Under the pieces are notes generated by a model. It had not been told where the DNA came from. It ran no database searches and was given only the letters and a program-made list of their open reading frames with translations. Below are positions 29,125 to 39,918 of a stretch of 64,000 nt of DNA, piece after piece. This stretch comes from Terriglobia bacterium. Its GTDB lineage: Bacteria > Acidobacteriota > Terriglobia > 20CM-2-55-15. A program made the position numbers and the translations under genes. The number at the start of each line of letters is the position of its first letter. The first letter of the stretch is position 1. The stretch covers positions 160,001-224,000 of the forward strand of contig CBDCLE010000001.1 of the NCBI GenBank assembly GCA_965218585.1. Reading direction: 5' to 3'.

Positions 29125-29307
29125 ATGGCGACTATTGCGTTTACAACCCTCGGGCTTCTGATAGCGATCCTTCTGTTCTCAGTACATAAGTTGTGGCGTG
29201 TCTATCGCCGGGGTCGGATGAGGGAAAAGGAAGTCGTTACCAGGCTTATGGAAGCCACGTGGCGCCGTCCACAGACGAGCGACGAAGAAAAGATGCCGGA
29301 ACCCTGA
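29125..29307 (+). CDS. Small single-TM hypothetical protein
   Basis: Hydrophobic N-terminus followed by a basic stretch. Fills the intergenic gap. Confidence 0.45.
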   Translation: MATIAFTTLGLLIAILLFSVHKLWRVYRRGRMREKEVVTRLMEATWRRPQTSDEEKMPEP

Positions 29308-29313
29308 TTCTGG

Positions 29314-29769
29314 CTAAGCCGGAGTACTGACGGCTCGTTTTGTGATGAATAGGATGATTGACGCCGGCAGCCAGAGGACGAGGCCAAAGATAGGCCCACC
29401 GATCAGGTGGAAGGCCGCGTGTCCGATTTCAGCCCCGGCCGAGCCTACTTCGGGCATGACGAATACGTTGCTTGATCCCGTCACAAGCGCAATAGCGATT
29501 CCCAGAGTAATGACGCCCCCGATCAGGACCTGGTGAAGCGAGAGCAGGACCAGAACCTGCTTGTAGCCGCCGAACCCTTTCGTATAAACCATGATCGGAA
29601 ACAAGACCAGGCCCACCAATGCCATGACGTTCATGCTGAAAAATCGGGCGAGCGCGTCAGCGCCCGCAACAGACAGCACCAGGCGTATCAGGCCTACCGC
29701 GAGCGTTACTCCAAACAGAACCTTCTGAAATTGAATGTACTCGGCAAAGCTCTTGCTGAAGATCGTCAT
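29314..29769 (-). CDS. 4-TM hypothetical membrane protein
   Basis: Four hydrophobic segments and an AGGGGG RBS. Confidence 0.72.
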   Translation of the reverse strand: MTIFSKSFAEYIQFQKVLFGVTLAVGLIRLVLSVAGADALARFFSMNVMALVGLVLFPIMVYTKGFGGYKQVLVLLSLHQVLIGGVITLGIAIALVTGSSNVFVMPEVGSAGAEIGHAAFHLIGGPIFGLVLWLPASIILFITKRAVSTPA

Positions 29770-29852
29770 TGTATGCCCCCTGCAGAAAGGTGCTCCTATA
29801 TTAGCCTGACCGTTTGACCCCTCGAGGAAAAAACTTATAAGCTGTTTGGCGG

Positions 29853-29942
29853 GAAATTCCAGGGACTGATCCCTATTTCCGTAGACAGCGATAACCTCGC
29901 GGTGAGGTGAATTTATGGAAATAGGGCTCTGTCCTGAATTTC
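29853..29942. repeat. Long imperfect inverted repeat (GGGAC-type) between divergent genes
   Basis: GAAATTCCAGGGACTGATCCCTATTTCCGTA ... TATGGAAATAGGGCTCTGTCCTGAATTTC. Confidence 0.6.
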
Positions 29943-29954
29943 ACGGAAAAAATT

Positions 29955-31886
29955 TTGATTTCTAGAAAACAACTCTTTGGCAACCCCGAGAAAGCCCATG
30001 CCAGAATCAGCCCGGATGGGCGTCACCTGGCGTACCTGGCTCCGGTAAACGGTGTGCTCAACATATGGGTCGGACCTGTCGAGGCCCCTGCCGACCGAAA
30101 GCCTGTGACCCGAGACACGCATCGCGGCATCCGGTCGTTTTTCTGGGCACACACCAACCAGCACATCCTGTACTCACAGGATACGGACGGCGATGAAGAC
30201 TGGCACATCTACCGGGTCGATGTGGATTCGGAAGAAATAGTGGATCTGACTCCCTTCGAGAAGATCGCGGCCCGCATCCAGGGTGTGAGTTCCAGATCTC
30301 CCGAAGAAATCCTCGTGGGTATCAACGACCGGGATGCCCGTCTTCACGATGTGTATAAGGTGCATGTCGCTACGGGAGAAAGGACCCTTGTTCAGGAAAA
30401 CCCGGGCTTTGCAGGTTTCATGTGCGACGACGACTATCGCGTTCGTTTCGCATTGACGTTTACACCTGATGCCGGACATCAGTATCTGAAGCCGGACACG
30501 AAAGACGGATGGAAGGAGTTTGCCAGGATCGATCCCGTAGATGCTATGACGACCCATCCGATGGGTTTTGACAAATCCGGAGACCGTTACTATCTGCTCG
30601 ACAGTCGGGATCGCGACAAGAGTGCGCTAAAGGCAGTGGATCTGGCCTCGGGGCAGGAAGAACTCCTGGCCGAGGGCGAACGGGCCGACATCGACGGCGC
30701 CATAGTTCATCCCACCGAAAAGAACGTGCAGGCTGTCACGTTTACCCATGCAAGACAGGAATGGAAGGTTCTGGATCCGGCGATTCAATCGGACCTTGAT
30801 TATCTGGAAGGAGTTGCCGATGGGGAACTCACGATCACGAGCCGTACATTAGACGATCGCAAGTGGACGGTTGCGTATGCGATGGATACCGGTCCGCTTC
30901 GTTTTTATCTGTACGACCGTGACCTGGGCGAGGCGCGTTTTCTGTTCACAAGTCAGCCTGAACTGGAGAACCTGCCGCTGGTCAGGATGCATCCGGAAAT
31001 CATTTCCGCGCGGGATGGGCTGGAGTTGGTCAGTTACTTGTCTCTGCCTGCTTCGAGCGACCCGGATGGTCGGGGCCGTCCGGATAGGCCACTGCCGATG
31101 GTCCTTCTCGTCCATGGAGGGCCCTGGGCCCGCGACGACTGGGGCTACAACTCGCAGCACCAGTGGTTGGCCAACCGGGGCTACGCGGTGCTGAGTGTGA
31201 ACTACAGGGGATCGACCGGTTTCGGGAAGAGTTTTATCAATGGCGCGAATCGGGAATGGGCCGCGGCCATGCACGACGACCTGATCGATGCTGTCAACTG
31301 GGCCCAGGCCGAAGGGATAGCTCTCAAGGACAAAGTCGCGATCATGGGAGGCAGCTATGGCGGATACGCGACTCTGGTGGGATTAACTTTCACACCGGAA
31401 GTGTTTGCCTGCGGTGTCGACATCGTGGGGCCGTCTAACCTGATCACTTTGATGGAGAATCCGCCCCCGTATTGGGTTCCGCTGATGTCGATCATGAAGG
31501 TGCGGACGGGTGACTACACCACGCCCGAGGGTCGCGAGTTCCTGAAGTCCCGGTCGCCGCTGTTTTTCGTGGATCGAATCTCGAGACCTCTCCTGATTGC
31601 TCAGGGGAAGCAGGACCCGCGTGTCAAACAGGTAGAATCCGACCAGATTGTAGCGGCGATGGAAGAGAAGGGGATTGCCGTCAGTTACATGCTCTTTACG
31701 GAGGAAGGTCACGGGTTTGCCAAACCTGAAAACCGCCAGGCATTCTACGCCGTGGCGGAGGCCTTTCTTGCCGAACATCTGGGTGGTTCCTACGAGCCCA
31801 TTGGCGACGCTTTCGACGGAGCCGCGTTTACCGTACCCGCAGGTTCGGGAGAAGTTCCCGGCGTGTCGGATGCTTTGGCCACCTGA
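29955..31886 (+). CDS. S9 family peptidase (acylaminoacyl/dipeptidyl peptidase)
   Basis: VHGGPW, NYRGSTGFG, GGSYGG, DPRV and EGHG catalytic triad. TTG start. Confidence 0.93.
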   Translation: MISRKQLFGNPEKAHARISPDGRHLAYLAPVNGVLNIWVGPVEAPADRKPVTRDTHRGIRSFFWAHTNQHILYSQDTDGDEDWHIYRVDVDSEEIVDLTPFEKIAARIQGVSSRSPEEILVGINDRDARLHDVYKVHVATGERTLVQENPGFAGFMCDDDYRVRFALTFTPDAGHQYLKPDTKDGWKEFARIDPVDAMTTHPMGFDKSGDRYYLLDSRDRDKSALKAVDLASGQEELLAEGERADIDGAIVHPTEKNVQAVTFTHARQEWKVLDPAIQSDLDYLEGVADGELTITSRTLDDRKWTVAYAMDTGPLRFYLYDRDLGEARFLFTSQPELENLPLVRMHPEIISARDGLELVSYLSLPASSDPDGRGRPDRPLPMVLLVHGGPWARDDWGYNSQHQWLANRGYAVLSVNYRGSTGFGKSFINGANREWAAAMHDDLIDAVNWAQAEGIALKDKVAIMGGSYGGYATLVGLTFTPEVFACGVDIVGPSNLITLMENPPPYWVPLMSIMKVRTGDYTTPEGREFLKSRSPLFFVDRISRPLLIAQGKQDPRVKQVESDQIVAAMEEKGIAVSYMLFTEEGHGFAKPENRQAFYAVAEAFLAEHLGGSYEPIGDAFDGAAFTVPAGSGEVPGVSDALAT

Positions 31887-31987
31887 GTTAACGGCTTCTT
31901 TACAGTTTTTTCTCAACCCGAATCCTCCTCGGACAGTCTCATACATATACGAAGAGACAAGTAGTAAGCGACAAGCGAGGAGGAGTC

Positions 31988-32284
31988 ATGGTTTGGAGAG
32001 AACTGAAGAAACTGGATACCGAGAACGGCTACAGGCTGAGATCGCTGAAACCGGGTCTGGAAGCACAGGTTGAGGCGTTGAGGCGTGATATTCGGTCTGA
32101 TCGAGAAGTGACCCTCAGCAGCCATCGTGAGGGCTTTTACGAGGTCGTGACTCCGACCGCCTGGTATCTGGTGCACTCCTCCGCTGCCCTCCGGACTATT
32201 TATCTCGTCGCGCATGCCGAGATTCGTGGAATCAAGGGGCCAGTATCCGTTCTGGAACCCGCCGAAATGACTGTATCTGCTTGA
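31988..32284 (+). CDS. Hypothetical protein (98 aa)
   Basis: Strong GAGGAGGAG RBS and a hairpin downstream. No family recognised with confidence. Confidence 0.65.
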   Translation: MVWRELKKLDTENGYRLRSLKPGLEAQVEALRRDIRSDREVTLSSHREGFYEVVTPTAWYLVHSSAALRTIYLVAHAEIRGIKGPVSVLEPAEMTVSA

Positions 32285-32408
32285 ATGTAAATTAGATAGG
32301 GGTGTCTCCGCCGACACCCCTCCCTCTATTCTCTCCCTCCTTCCTCCTGCTCTTTCCTGCTGAAACTACTGAAGTTCGGTCAAATTGGAGACGATTAGAT
32401 AGATTGAG

Positions 32409-33988
32409 ATGTGGATTGTCCTGTGTTTGCTCGTGTTGTTTCTCGGAGGCGTCATAGTCCATGACGTCGTGCAGCGGAAGCACGCCATACTTCGGAACTA
32501 TCCCATCATCGGGCACCTGCGGTATCTGTTCGAAGCCATAGGACCGGAGCTCAGGCAGTCATCGTTACAAGCAACAACGAGGAGCGCCCGTTCAGCAGGG
32601 ACCAGCGAAGCTGGATCTATGCGTCGTCGAAGCGGGAGAACAATTATTCCGGCTTCGGTACCGACGACGAGCTCGAGCTCTCTCCCAACTACATCGTAAT
32701 CAAGCATTCGGCATTTCCCCTGCCCAGTGTCCATCCGGGAGATCCCGGCTACAACGAGCGTCACCCGATTCCGTCAGCCAAGGTTCTTGGCCGGCATCGG
32801 GGCCGCCAGAAAGCATTTCGCCCCGCATCGATAGTCAATGTTTCGGGCATGAGTTACGGATCCCTGAGTGGAGCGGCGATCGAAGCCCTGAACCGGGGTT
32901 CCGCCAAAGCCGAGTGCCTGCACAATACGGGAGAGGGCGGTGTGTCTTCCTTCCATCTCTCCGGGGGAGAATTGATCTGGCAGATCGGAACCGGCTACTT
33001 TGGTTGTCGCGATGAGCAGGGTAGTTTTTCAATGGAACGGTTCCGGGACACGGTGGCTGCCCATCCGATCCGGGCCATCGAAATCAAGCTAAGCCAGGGT
33101 GCGAAGCCCGGCCTGGGCGGTGTCCTTCCCGCGAAGAAGGTGACTGAAGACATCGCGAAAGCCAGAGGAATTCCCGTCGGCCAGACCTGCGCCAGTCCAA
33201 ATACGCATAGCGCGTTCAGCGACGTGGACAGCATGTTGGATTTTGTAGAGGAGCTGGCCGACGTCAGTGGCCTGCCGGTGGGGATCAAGTCGGCAGTCGG
33301 AGACGTGGGTTTCTGGACGACGCTGGCAAGGGAGATGGCGACCGGTACCCGCGGAGTCGATTTCGTTACGGTTGATGGCGGTGAAGGCGGAACTGGTGCG
33401 GCTCCCCTGGTGTTTGCCGACCATGTCGCTCTCCCGTTTAAGAATGGTTTCAGCCGGGTCTATCGAGAGTTCGCCGACCAGGGTGTTCACGAAGACGTTG
33501 TCTTCATCGGTTCGGGAAAACTCGGTTTCCCTGAAGCCGCAGTTTTCGCCTTTGCACTGGGCTGCGACCTGATCGCAGTTGCGCGCGAAGCGATGATGTC
33601 GATGGGGTGTATTCAGGCACAACGATGCCACACTGGACACTGTCCTGCTGGAATTGCCACCCAGAACAAGTGGCTGGTTCGGGGCCTCGACCCGGCCTTG
33701 AAAGCCGACCGCTTCGCGAATTACATATGCACTCTGCGGAAAGAAATCTCAGCGCTGGCGGGCGCCTGCGGCGTGGGGCACCCTGCTTTTCTGACCGACA
33801 ACCATGTCGAAATTATGGATGGACGCTTCGGAACCTCCCCTCTCTTTGAGCTATTTGGATACCGTCAGGGCTGGGGCCTCCCGTCCAGGGAAGAGCGTGA
33901 GGAGATTTGCCGCCTGATACCCGGCGTCCATAGCGACATGCTTTCCGGATCCGCTGAGGAACCCCTCCCGCTCAGATTAGTCAGTTAA
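32409..33988 (+). CDS. FMN-binding glutamate synthase family protein (YerD-like), copy 1, with a -1 frameshift at about 32559
   Basis: N-terminal TM, NYPIIGHLRY, MSYGSLS, NTGEGG, EIKLSQGAKPG and C-x5-C-x4-C. CAGTCATC here versus CAGTACATT in the paralog shows a missing A. Confidence 0.85.
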
Positions 33989-34070
33989 CCGACCAAAGCC
34001 GATTGACGCCCCGATGTCGGGCGGCATACCATCAAATCAGGATCGGGCGCTCGGTCCCCATGAACTGCAG

Positions 34071-35648
34071 ATGTGGATTCTGACCATAATCGGGGTCGTT
34101 CTCGTACTGGTAACCCTCTACGACCTTATCCAGCACAAGCACGCCATTCTCCGGAACTATCCCATCATCGGTCACTTCCGTTATCTCTTTGAAGCCGTCG
34201 GCCCGGAACTCCGCCAGTACATTGTCACAAGCAACAACGAAGAGCGTCCGTTCAGCCGCGACCAGCGCTCCTGGATCTATGCGTCCTCAAAGAACGAGAA
34301 CAACTATCGCGGGTTCGGCACCGACGACGAACTCGAGCTGTCACCTAACTACATGATCATCAAGCACTCGGCGTTTCCTTTGGCGATGCCAGGTCCGGGA
34401 AGTAACGGCTACGACCCGGACTATCCCGTGGCGTGCGCCAAGGTTCTCGGTGCTGCACGGGACCGGAAAAAAGCATTCCGTCCGGCTTCGATTGTGAATG
34501 TTTCGGGAATGAGTTTCGGTTCGCTGAGTGGTCGTGCCGTCGAAGCCCTCAATCTGGGAAGCCGCGATGCGGAGTGTTTTCAGAACACGGGAGAGGGCGG
34601 TGTTGCGCCGTATCACATGAAGGGTGGCGATCTGGTGTGGCAGATTGGCACAGGTTATTTCGGCTGCCGCGATGAGCGCGGGCGATTCTCCATGGAAAAG
34701 TTTGTGGAAACGGTTAACTCGGCTCCAATCCGGGCGATCGAGATAAAGCTGAGCCAGGGCGCGAAGCCCGGAATCGGCGGCTTATTGCCCGGAGCCAAAG
34801 TCTCTCCCGAGATCGCGGCGATACGAGGCATACCCGTTGGACAGACATGCGCGAGTCCATCGAGTCATGCCGAATTCAACGATGTCGACAGCATGCTCGA
34901 CTTTGTAGAGCTTCTGGCAGATGAGTCGGGCTTGCCCGTTGGCATCAAGTCGGCCGTTGGAGATATTGGTTTCTGGACAGCGTTGACCCACCAAATGTCG
35001 ACGACGGGCCGGGGAGTCGATTTCGTCACGATCGACGGCGGTGAAGGTGGAACGGGTGCAGGACCGCTGGTGTTTACCGATCATGTCGCGTTGCCTTTCA
35101 AGCAGGGTTTTAGCCGCGTCTATCGCGAGTTTGCTAAAGCTGGAATCGCCGACAGTGTCGTTTTCATAGGATCCGGCCGGCTGGGTTTTCCCGAGGCCGC
35201 CATCCTGGCTTTTTCTCTGGGGTGCGACATGGTCGCAGTGGGGCGGGAGGCGATGATGTCGATCGGTTGCATACAGGCACAACGATGCCACACCGGTCAC
35301 TGCCCCACTGGAGTAGCGACTCAGAACAGGTGGCTCATGCGCGGGCTGGACCCGAAAGTGAAGTCCCAACGCCTGGCCAGGTATATCTGCACTTTGCGTA
35401 AGGAACTGACCGCTGTGTCCCGGGCTTGCGGCGTATGCCACCCTGCGTTGCTCAGCGATGCCCATATCGAGATTCTGGACGGTCGGTTCGGCGCGTCTTC
35501 TCTTTTCGAAGTGTTCCACTACAGGGATGACTGGGGTCTTCCGTCCAGGTCAGATATCAGAGAGATTCGCCACATCATGGAAGACTGTTTTGGTGTAGAG
35601 CCTCCAGAGCTTGAGGTGACTGAAATGGCGCCCGCAAGCACCCACTAG
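34071..35648 (+). CDS. FMN-binding glutamate synthase family protein (YerD-like), copy 2
   Basis: Same motifs, intact. CIQAQRCHTGHCP 3Fe-4S motif. Start aligned with the copy 1 MWI start. Confidence 0.9.
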   Translation: MWILTIIGVVLVLVTLYDLIQHKHAILRNYPIIGHFRYLFEAVGPELRQYIVTSNNEERPFSRDQRSWIYASSKNENNYRGFGTDDELELSPNYMIIKHSAFPLAMPGPGSNGYDPDYPVACAKVLGAARDRKKAFRPASIVNVSGMSFGSLSGRAVEALNLGSRDAECFQNTGEGGVAPYHMKGGDLVWQIGTGYFGCRDERGRFSMEKFVETVNSAPIRAIEIKLSQGAKPGIGGLLPGAKVSPEIAAIRGIPVGQTCASPSSHAEFNDVDSMLDFVELLADESGLPVGIKSAVGDIGFWTALTHQMSTTGRGVDFVTIDGGEGGTGAGPLVFTDHVALPFKQGFSRVYREFAKAGIADSVVFIGSGRLGFPEAAILAFSLGCDMVAVGREAMMSIGCIQAQRCHTGHCPTGVATQNRWLMRGLDPKVKSQRLARYICTLRKELTAVSRACGVCHPALLSDAHIEILDGRFGASSLFEVFHYRDDWGLPSRSDIREIRHIMEDCFGVEPPELEVTEMAPASTH

Positions 35649-35836
35649 TTTTCCAGCCAACAGTTGATCCCGGGGAGCATGAGCTCGAAATGCAAGGCCT
35701 GTCAAGGACTTCCGGGTGCTATAATGTGCAGTTTGTTCGAGCTGATGTTCATCGACGGCTACAGTAATCGTGCTCGGGCTGCTCACCAGCCGCTCGGGGA
35801 ATTGTTGACCAGATACACGACGGAAGGTATTCCCCA

Positions 35837-36703
35837 ATGAGTGGAAAAGTACTCCTTGCTGAAGACGAACGGATCTCCTGGTTCGGCTCTATCCCATTTT
35901 TCCTTGTTCATCTCAGTCCGATCCTGTTGATCTGGACTGGCATCCGGTGGGTCGATGTGGCGCTTTGCGTGGCGTTGTATTTCGGCCGAATGTTTTTTAT
36001 TTCTGCCGGCTACCACAGGTATTTTGCCCATCGTGGATACAAGACGGGTCGCCTCATGCAGTTTCTATTCGCTTTCGGTGGAGCCACTGCGGCCCAAAAA
36101 GGTGTTCTCTGGTGGGCCGGCTATCATCGTCACCACCACTGGTATTCGGATCAACCCGAAGACATCCATTCCCCGAAGAAAGGCTTCTTCTGGAGTCATG
36201 TCGGCTGGATTCTTTGCCCGAAATACAGTCGGACACCCCTCGAGGTGATTGAAGACTTCGCTGAATATCCGGAAATCCGTTGGATCGATAAACATTATCT
36301 TGTACCTCCGATAATGCTCGGAGCCGCGTGTTACCTCATCGGCGGTCCGAGCGCTCTGGTGGGAGGTTTCCTTCTTTCGACCGTGATCCTGTTTCACGGG
36401 ACGTTTCTTGTGAATTCGGTGACGCATTTGTTCGGCAGACGACGTTACGAGACAGCGGATACAAGCCGGAATTCGTTTCTGGTCGCGCTTGTGACCGGTG
36501 GAGAGGGATGGCACAACAACCACCACCACTATGAGACTACAGCGAACAACGGCTTTTTCTGGTGGGAGATCGACTCCAGCTATTACGTTCTGAAGATCCT
36601 GAGTTGGATGGGCCTTGTGTGGGACCTGCGCCTGCCACCTAAATTCGTCCTGGAAGGCCGCCGGGCCACCTTTGCCGACTACGGTATGGAACCGCCAAGT
36701 TAG
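35837..36703 (+). CDS. Delta-9-type acyl-lipid/acyl-CoA desaturase
   Basis: His boxes HRYFAH, HRHHH and GEGWHNNHHH. Extended -10 TGCTATAAT at 35717. Confidence 0.92.
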   Translation: MSGKVLLAEDERISWFGSIPFFLVHLSPILLIWTGIRWVDVALCVALYFGRMFFISAGYHRYFAHRGYKTGRLMQFLFAFGGATAAQKGVLWWAGYHRHHHWYSDQPEDIHSPKKGFFWSHVGWILCPKYSRTPLEVIEDFAEYPEIRWIDKHYLVPPIMLGAACYLIGGPSALVGGFLLSTVILFHGTFLVNSVTHLFGRRRYETADTSRNSFLVALVTGGEGWHNNHHHYETTANNGFFWWEIDSSYYVLKILSWMGLVWDLRLPPKFVLEGRRATFADYGMEPPS

Positions 36704-36723
36704 CGCGTCTATAATCTTCAGTA

Positions 36724-36999
36724 ATGTCCAAGCCCTTGAAAGTAGCCATACCTCTTCTCCTCGGGGCAGGTTTCCTCGCGTATCTGGTTTACTCCTCTAT
36801 GGCGCTCGCTTCGGTGACCTGCGAAGTCTGTGTTGTTTTCAACGGCCGCATGGACTGCCGAGTCGCCTCGGGGACGACGGCGGACGAAGCGACTGATACA
36901 GGCCGGAACAACGCGTGTGCTTTGCTGACCAACGGGAGGGATGAGTTGATTTCGTGCACAACGTCGCCGCCCGACAGCGCCATGTGCGAGGCCGCTTAA
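36724..36999 (+). CDS. Small membrane-anchored Cys-rich hypothetical protein
   Basis: N-terminal TM followed by six Cys in about 60 aa. Confidence 0.7.
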   Translation: MSKPLKVAIPLLLGAGFLAYLVYSSMALASVTCEVCVVFNGRMDCRVASGTTADEATDTGRNNACALLTNGRDELISCTTSPPDSAMCEAA

Positions 37000-37129
37000 G
37001 CTCCGCTACCCTCGATCAGCGATCCTTTCCATCCCGTGATTCTTATTCAACCCTTTGGGCAGTTTGGCCGTCAAAGTATGCTAGTTGCAATAGAGATGAC
37101 CGAGTGTTGTTGGCACAGGAGGCGTTTCG

Positions 37130-37846
37130 ATGAGATTTCATGGTTTGGTTCTGGCTTTGTTGACGATGACGGTCCAGCCGCTCTGGTCGCAGTCTACTGC
37201 AGACTCTGATGCCGTCCTCACCGTAGGGGGTAGCGCCCAAGTCCGTGTCGTTCCCGATCTCGCTGTAGTGCGACTGGGTGTGGTCCGGCAGGCGCCCACA
37301 GCCGAAGAGGCCCAGAACGGAGTCAACGGAATTGCTGGCGGAATCGTCGACGCCCTGGGAGCTGCAGGTATCCAGGAAAACCAGGTCCAGACATCCAGGC
37401 TCAACCTGTCTCCCGTATATTCCCGGCAGCGTCCGGATGGAAACCAGCCGCCGTCGATCGTTGCTTACCGTGCGGCGAATACGGTCACCGTCCGCGTTGA
37501 GGATCTGGACAGAGTGGGCGAAGTAATCGACGCCGCGCTCGGGGCCGGAGCCAACCAGCTTGAAGGGGTCTCGTTCGAATTACAGGACGATCTGGTTTCC
37601 CGGCAGGCGGCCCTCGGGAATGCGGTGGCCCAAGCGCGGGCAAAGGCAGAGGCGATGGCGGATGCTCTGGGCGTCCGGCTGGTTTCTATTCTTTCGGTCA
37701 ACGAGGGCCCGGTAGCGATCGAGAGACCCATGATGGAGATGGCCCGGGCTGCGTCGCTCCAACAAGGCGCGCCCACTCCTGTTTCCCCCGGTGAGGTCTC
37801 GGTCGCTGCCTCGGTGACGATCCGGTACCAGATCTCTTCGGACTGA
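37130..37846 (+). CDS. SIMPL (DUF541/YggE/BP26) domain periplasmic protein
   Basis: Signal peptide, PDLAVVRLGV, GANQLEGVSF and ARAKAEAMA. Confidence 0.9.
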   Translation: MRFHGLVLALLTMTVQPLWSQSTADSDAVLTVGGSAQVRVVPDLAVVRLGVVRQAPTAEEAQNGVNGIAGGIVDALGAAGIQENQVQTSRLNLSPVYSRQRPDGNQPPSIVAYRAANTVTVRVEDLDRVGEVIDAALGAGANQLEGVSFELQDDLVSRQAALGNAVAQARAKAEAMADALGVRLVSILSVNEGPVAIERPMMEMARAASLQQGAPTPVSPGEVSVAASVTIRYQISSD

Positions 37847-38181
37847 ACAGTTACCGGTTTTTTTGGGAAGCCGACTCGGGCGAAGGATAAATAGTCCCTA
37901 TACGGGTGCTACACTTCACTAGCTGGTTCGGAGAGTCAGGGCATGGAACCGTTCCTTGCAGACCCTGCAGCGATAGGCTTTCCAGAACGGCAACAATCTT
38001 TCCAACCCACGCCGCCGGGATCGGTGGGCCCTCGCTCCGCACGAGGGGCAAGTCTGTTCTCGCTGGCTTCGTCCCGTCCTGAGCCACACCGGACCACGTT
38101 GAATCCGATCACACTTCAGACATCGAAACGGCCGCTGGAGCAAGGTGAGGGCTCCGCGATCGGACAATGTCCTGAGGCTAG

Positions 38182-39918
38182 CCCGCATATTTCACCAATA
38201 GGACCAGAAAAGGCCGCCCTGTCTGGCATAAAGCGTTTTGAAATAAACGTTTAACAAGCCAAACGGAGACGGCCCTTATGAGAACAGAGTGTAACCAAAC
38301 GACGTTCGAATTTCACGGACTTCTTCAACGAAAAGTGAAGGCGCGTTTTGACGGCGGAAAGATCACCTCCGACGCTGGGGTTCTGCTGTTGAGGGAAGTG
38401 GAAAAGCGAACGGGTCTGATCGCCGGACTGGCCGAGTGTTTCAGGGATTACCGGGACGCGAGGTTGATCGAACACACGGTGAGCGAGTTATTGGGGCAGC
38501 ACGTCTACGGACTCTGTCTGGGCTACGAGGATCTGAACGATCATAACCAACTGCGGACCGATCCGATGCTGGCCGTGGCGGTGGATAAGGCCGATCCACT
38601 GGGGGAGAAGCGGCGGCAGGCCCGAGACCGGGGAAAAGCGTTGGCGGGCAAGTGTACGCTGAACCGGTTGGAACTGACCGGGGAGCAAGTCGATGGGAAG
38701 GAGCGGTACAAGAAGATTGCCATGGACCCGGACAAGATCGACCGCTGGATGGTGGATGCATTTGTGGCGGCTCACGGATCGGCGCCCGAGGAGATTGTTC
38801 TGGACCTGGATGCGACCGACGATCCGATCCATGGCCATCAGGAAGGACGGTTCTTTCACGGCTACTACGGCAACTACTGTTATCTGCCGCTCTACATCTT
38901 TTCGGGAGAGCATCTGCTATGCGCCCGGTTGCGGTGCTCCAATGTCGACGGTGCGGACGGCGCCGTCGAGGAATTGAACCGCATCATCGGCCAGATCCGG
39001 CAGAGCTGGCCGGAGGTGTCGATTATCATCCGGGCCGACTCGGGCTTTTGCCGGGATGAATTGCTGAGTTGGTGCGAGGCCCACCAGGTCGATTACGTGG
39101 TGGGTCTGGCCAAGAACGATCGGCTCAAGCGCGAGATCGCTGAATCGATGAGTCAGGCCGAAGCCGAGTTTAACGACACCGGGAAACCGGCGCGGGTGTT
39201 TAACGATTTCCGGTATCGCACTCGGAAGAGCTGGACCTGCACCCGACGCGTCATCGGCAAGGCCGAGTTCCTGGAGAAAGGCGCCAATCCTCGATTCGTT
39301 GTGACCTCACTGTCGCCGGAACGCCTGGACGCCCGCGCCCTCTATGAAGACTTTTACTGTGCGCGGGGCGACATGGAAAATCGCATCAAGGAACAGCAGT
39401 TGGATCTATTCGCCGACCGGACCAGCGCGGCAACCATGCGCGCCAATCAACTCCGGCTCTATCTGTCCTCGGCCGCCTACATGCTCCTGCACGCGTTACG
39501 CCGTCTGGGACTGAAGAATACCGATCTGGCCCGCGCTCAGTGCCAGACGATCCGCTTGAAGCTCCTCAAGATCGGAGCTCAAGTCCGTCTGACGGTTCGC
39601 AACATCTGGATCTCCATGTCGGAAGCCTATCCCTACGCCGAGGTCTTTGCCCTCGTCCATCGAAACCTGCAGGCGCTTCCTCTGCGCTGCTGAGAACCGA
39701 CCCGATCCCCTGCGCCAAAATCGACTCGCTCTTTTCGGCTCCGCCGAGGTTTGTCTCAGTGCGTTTCGTCACCCTCTTCTGAACCCGAAAACGCAGCAAC
39801 TCCCGCTTGTCGACACCGCCGAGTCACGCCACACATGCCCAATTCGAACCCAGATCCTCCCGAATCCGATTCTTACTGCCCAAATCCCCCTGATCGCCGG
39901 ACTGGTGAAACATGCGGG
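38182..39918 (+). mobile_element. IS1380-family insertion sequence, 1737 bp
   Basis: 16-bp TIRs CCCGCATATTTCACCA / TGGTGAAACATGCGGG (15/16). CTAG target duplication at 38178-38181 and 39919-39922. Confidence 0.92.
38278..39693 (+). CDS. IS1380 family DDE transposase
   Basis: FDGGKITSDAG, GYEDLNDH, LDLDATDD, RADSGF and YCARGDMENRIKE. Confidence 0.95.
   Translation: MRTECNQTTFEFHGLLQRKVKARFDGGKITSDAGVLLLREVEKRTGLIAGLAECFRDYRDARLIEHTVSELLGQHVYGLCLGYEDLNDHNQLRTDPMLAVAVDKADPLGEKRRQARDRGKALAGKCTLNRLELTGEQVDGKERYKKIAMDPDKIDRWMVDAFVAAHGSAPEEIVLDLDATDDPIHGHQEGRFFHGYYGNYCYLPLYIFSGEHLLCARLRCSNVDGADGAVEELNRIIGQIRQSWPEVSIIIRADSGFCRDELLSWCEAHQVDYVVGLAKNDRLKREIAESMSQAEAEFNDTGKPARVFNDFRYRTRKSWTCTRRVIGKAEFLEKGANPRFVVTSLSPERLDARALYEDFYCARGDMENRIKEQQLDLFADRTSAATMRANQLRLYLSSAAYMLLHALRRLGLKNTDLARAQCQTIRLKLLKIGAQVRLTVRNIWISMSEAYPYAEVFALVHRNLQALPLRC

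Noticed and set aside
37895-37912. Additional CsoR-like box (GTCCCTATACGGGTGC)
   Set aside because: Outer ATAC/GTAT arms are missing and it lies between convergent gene ends.
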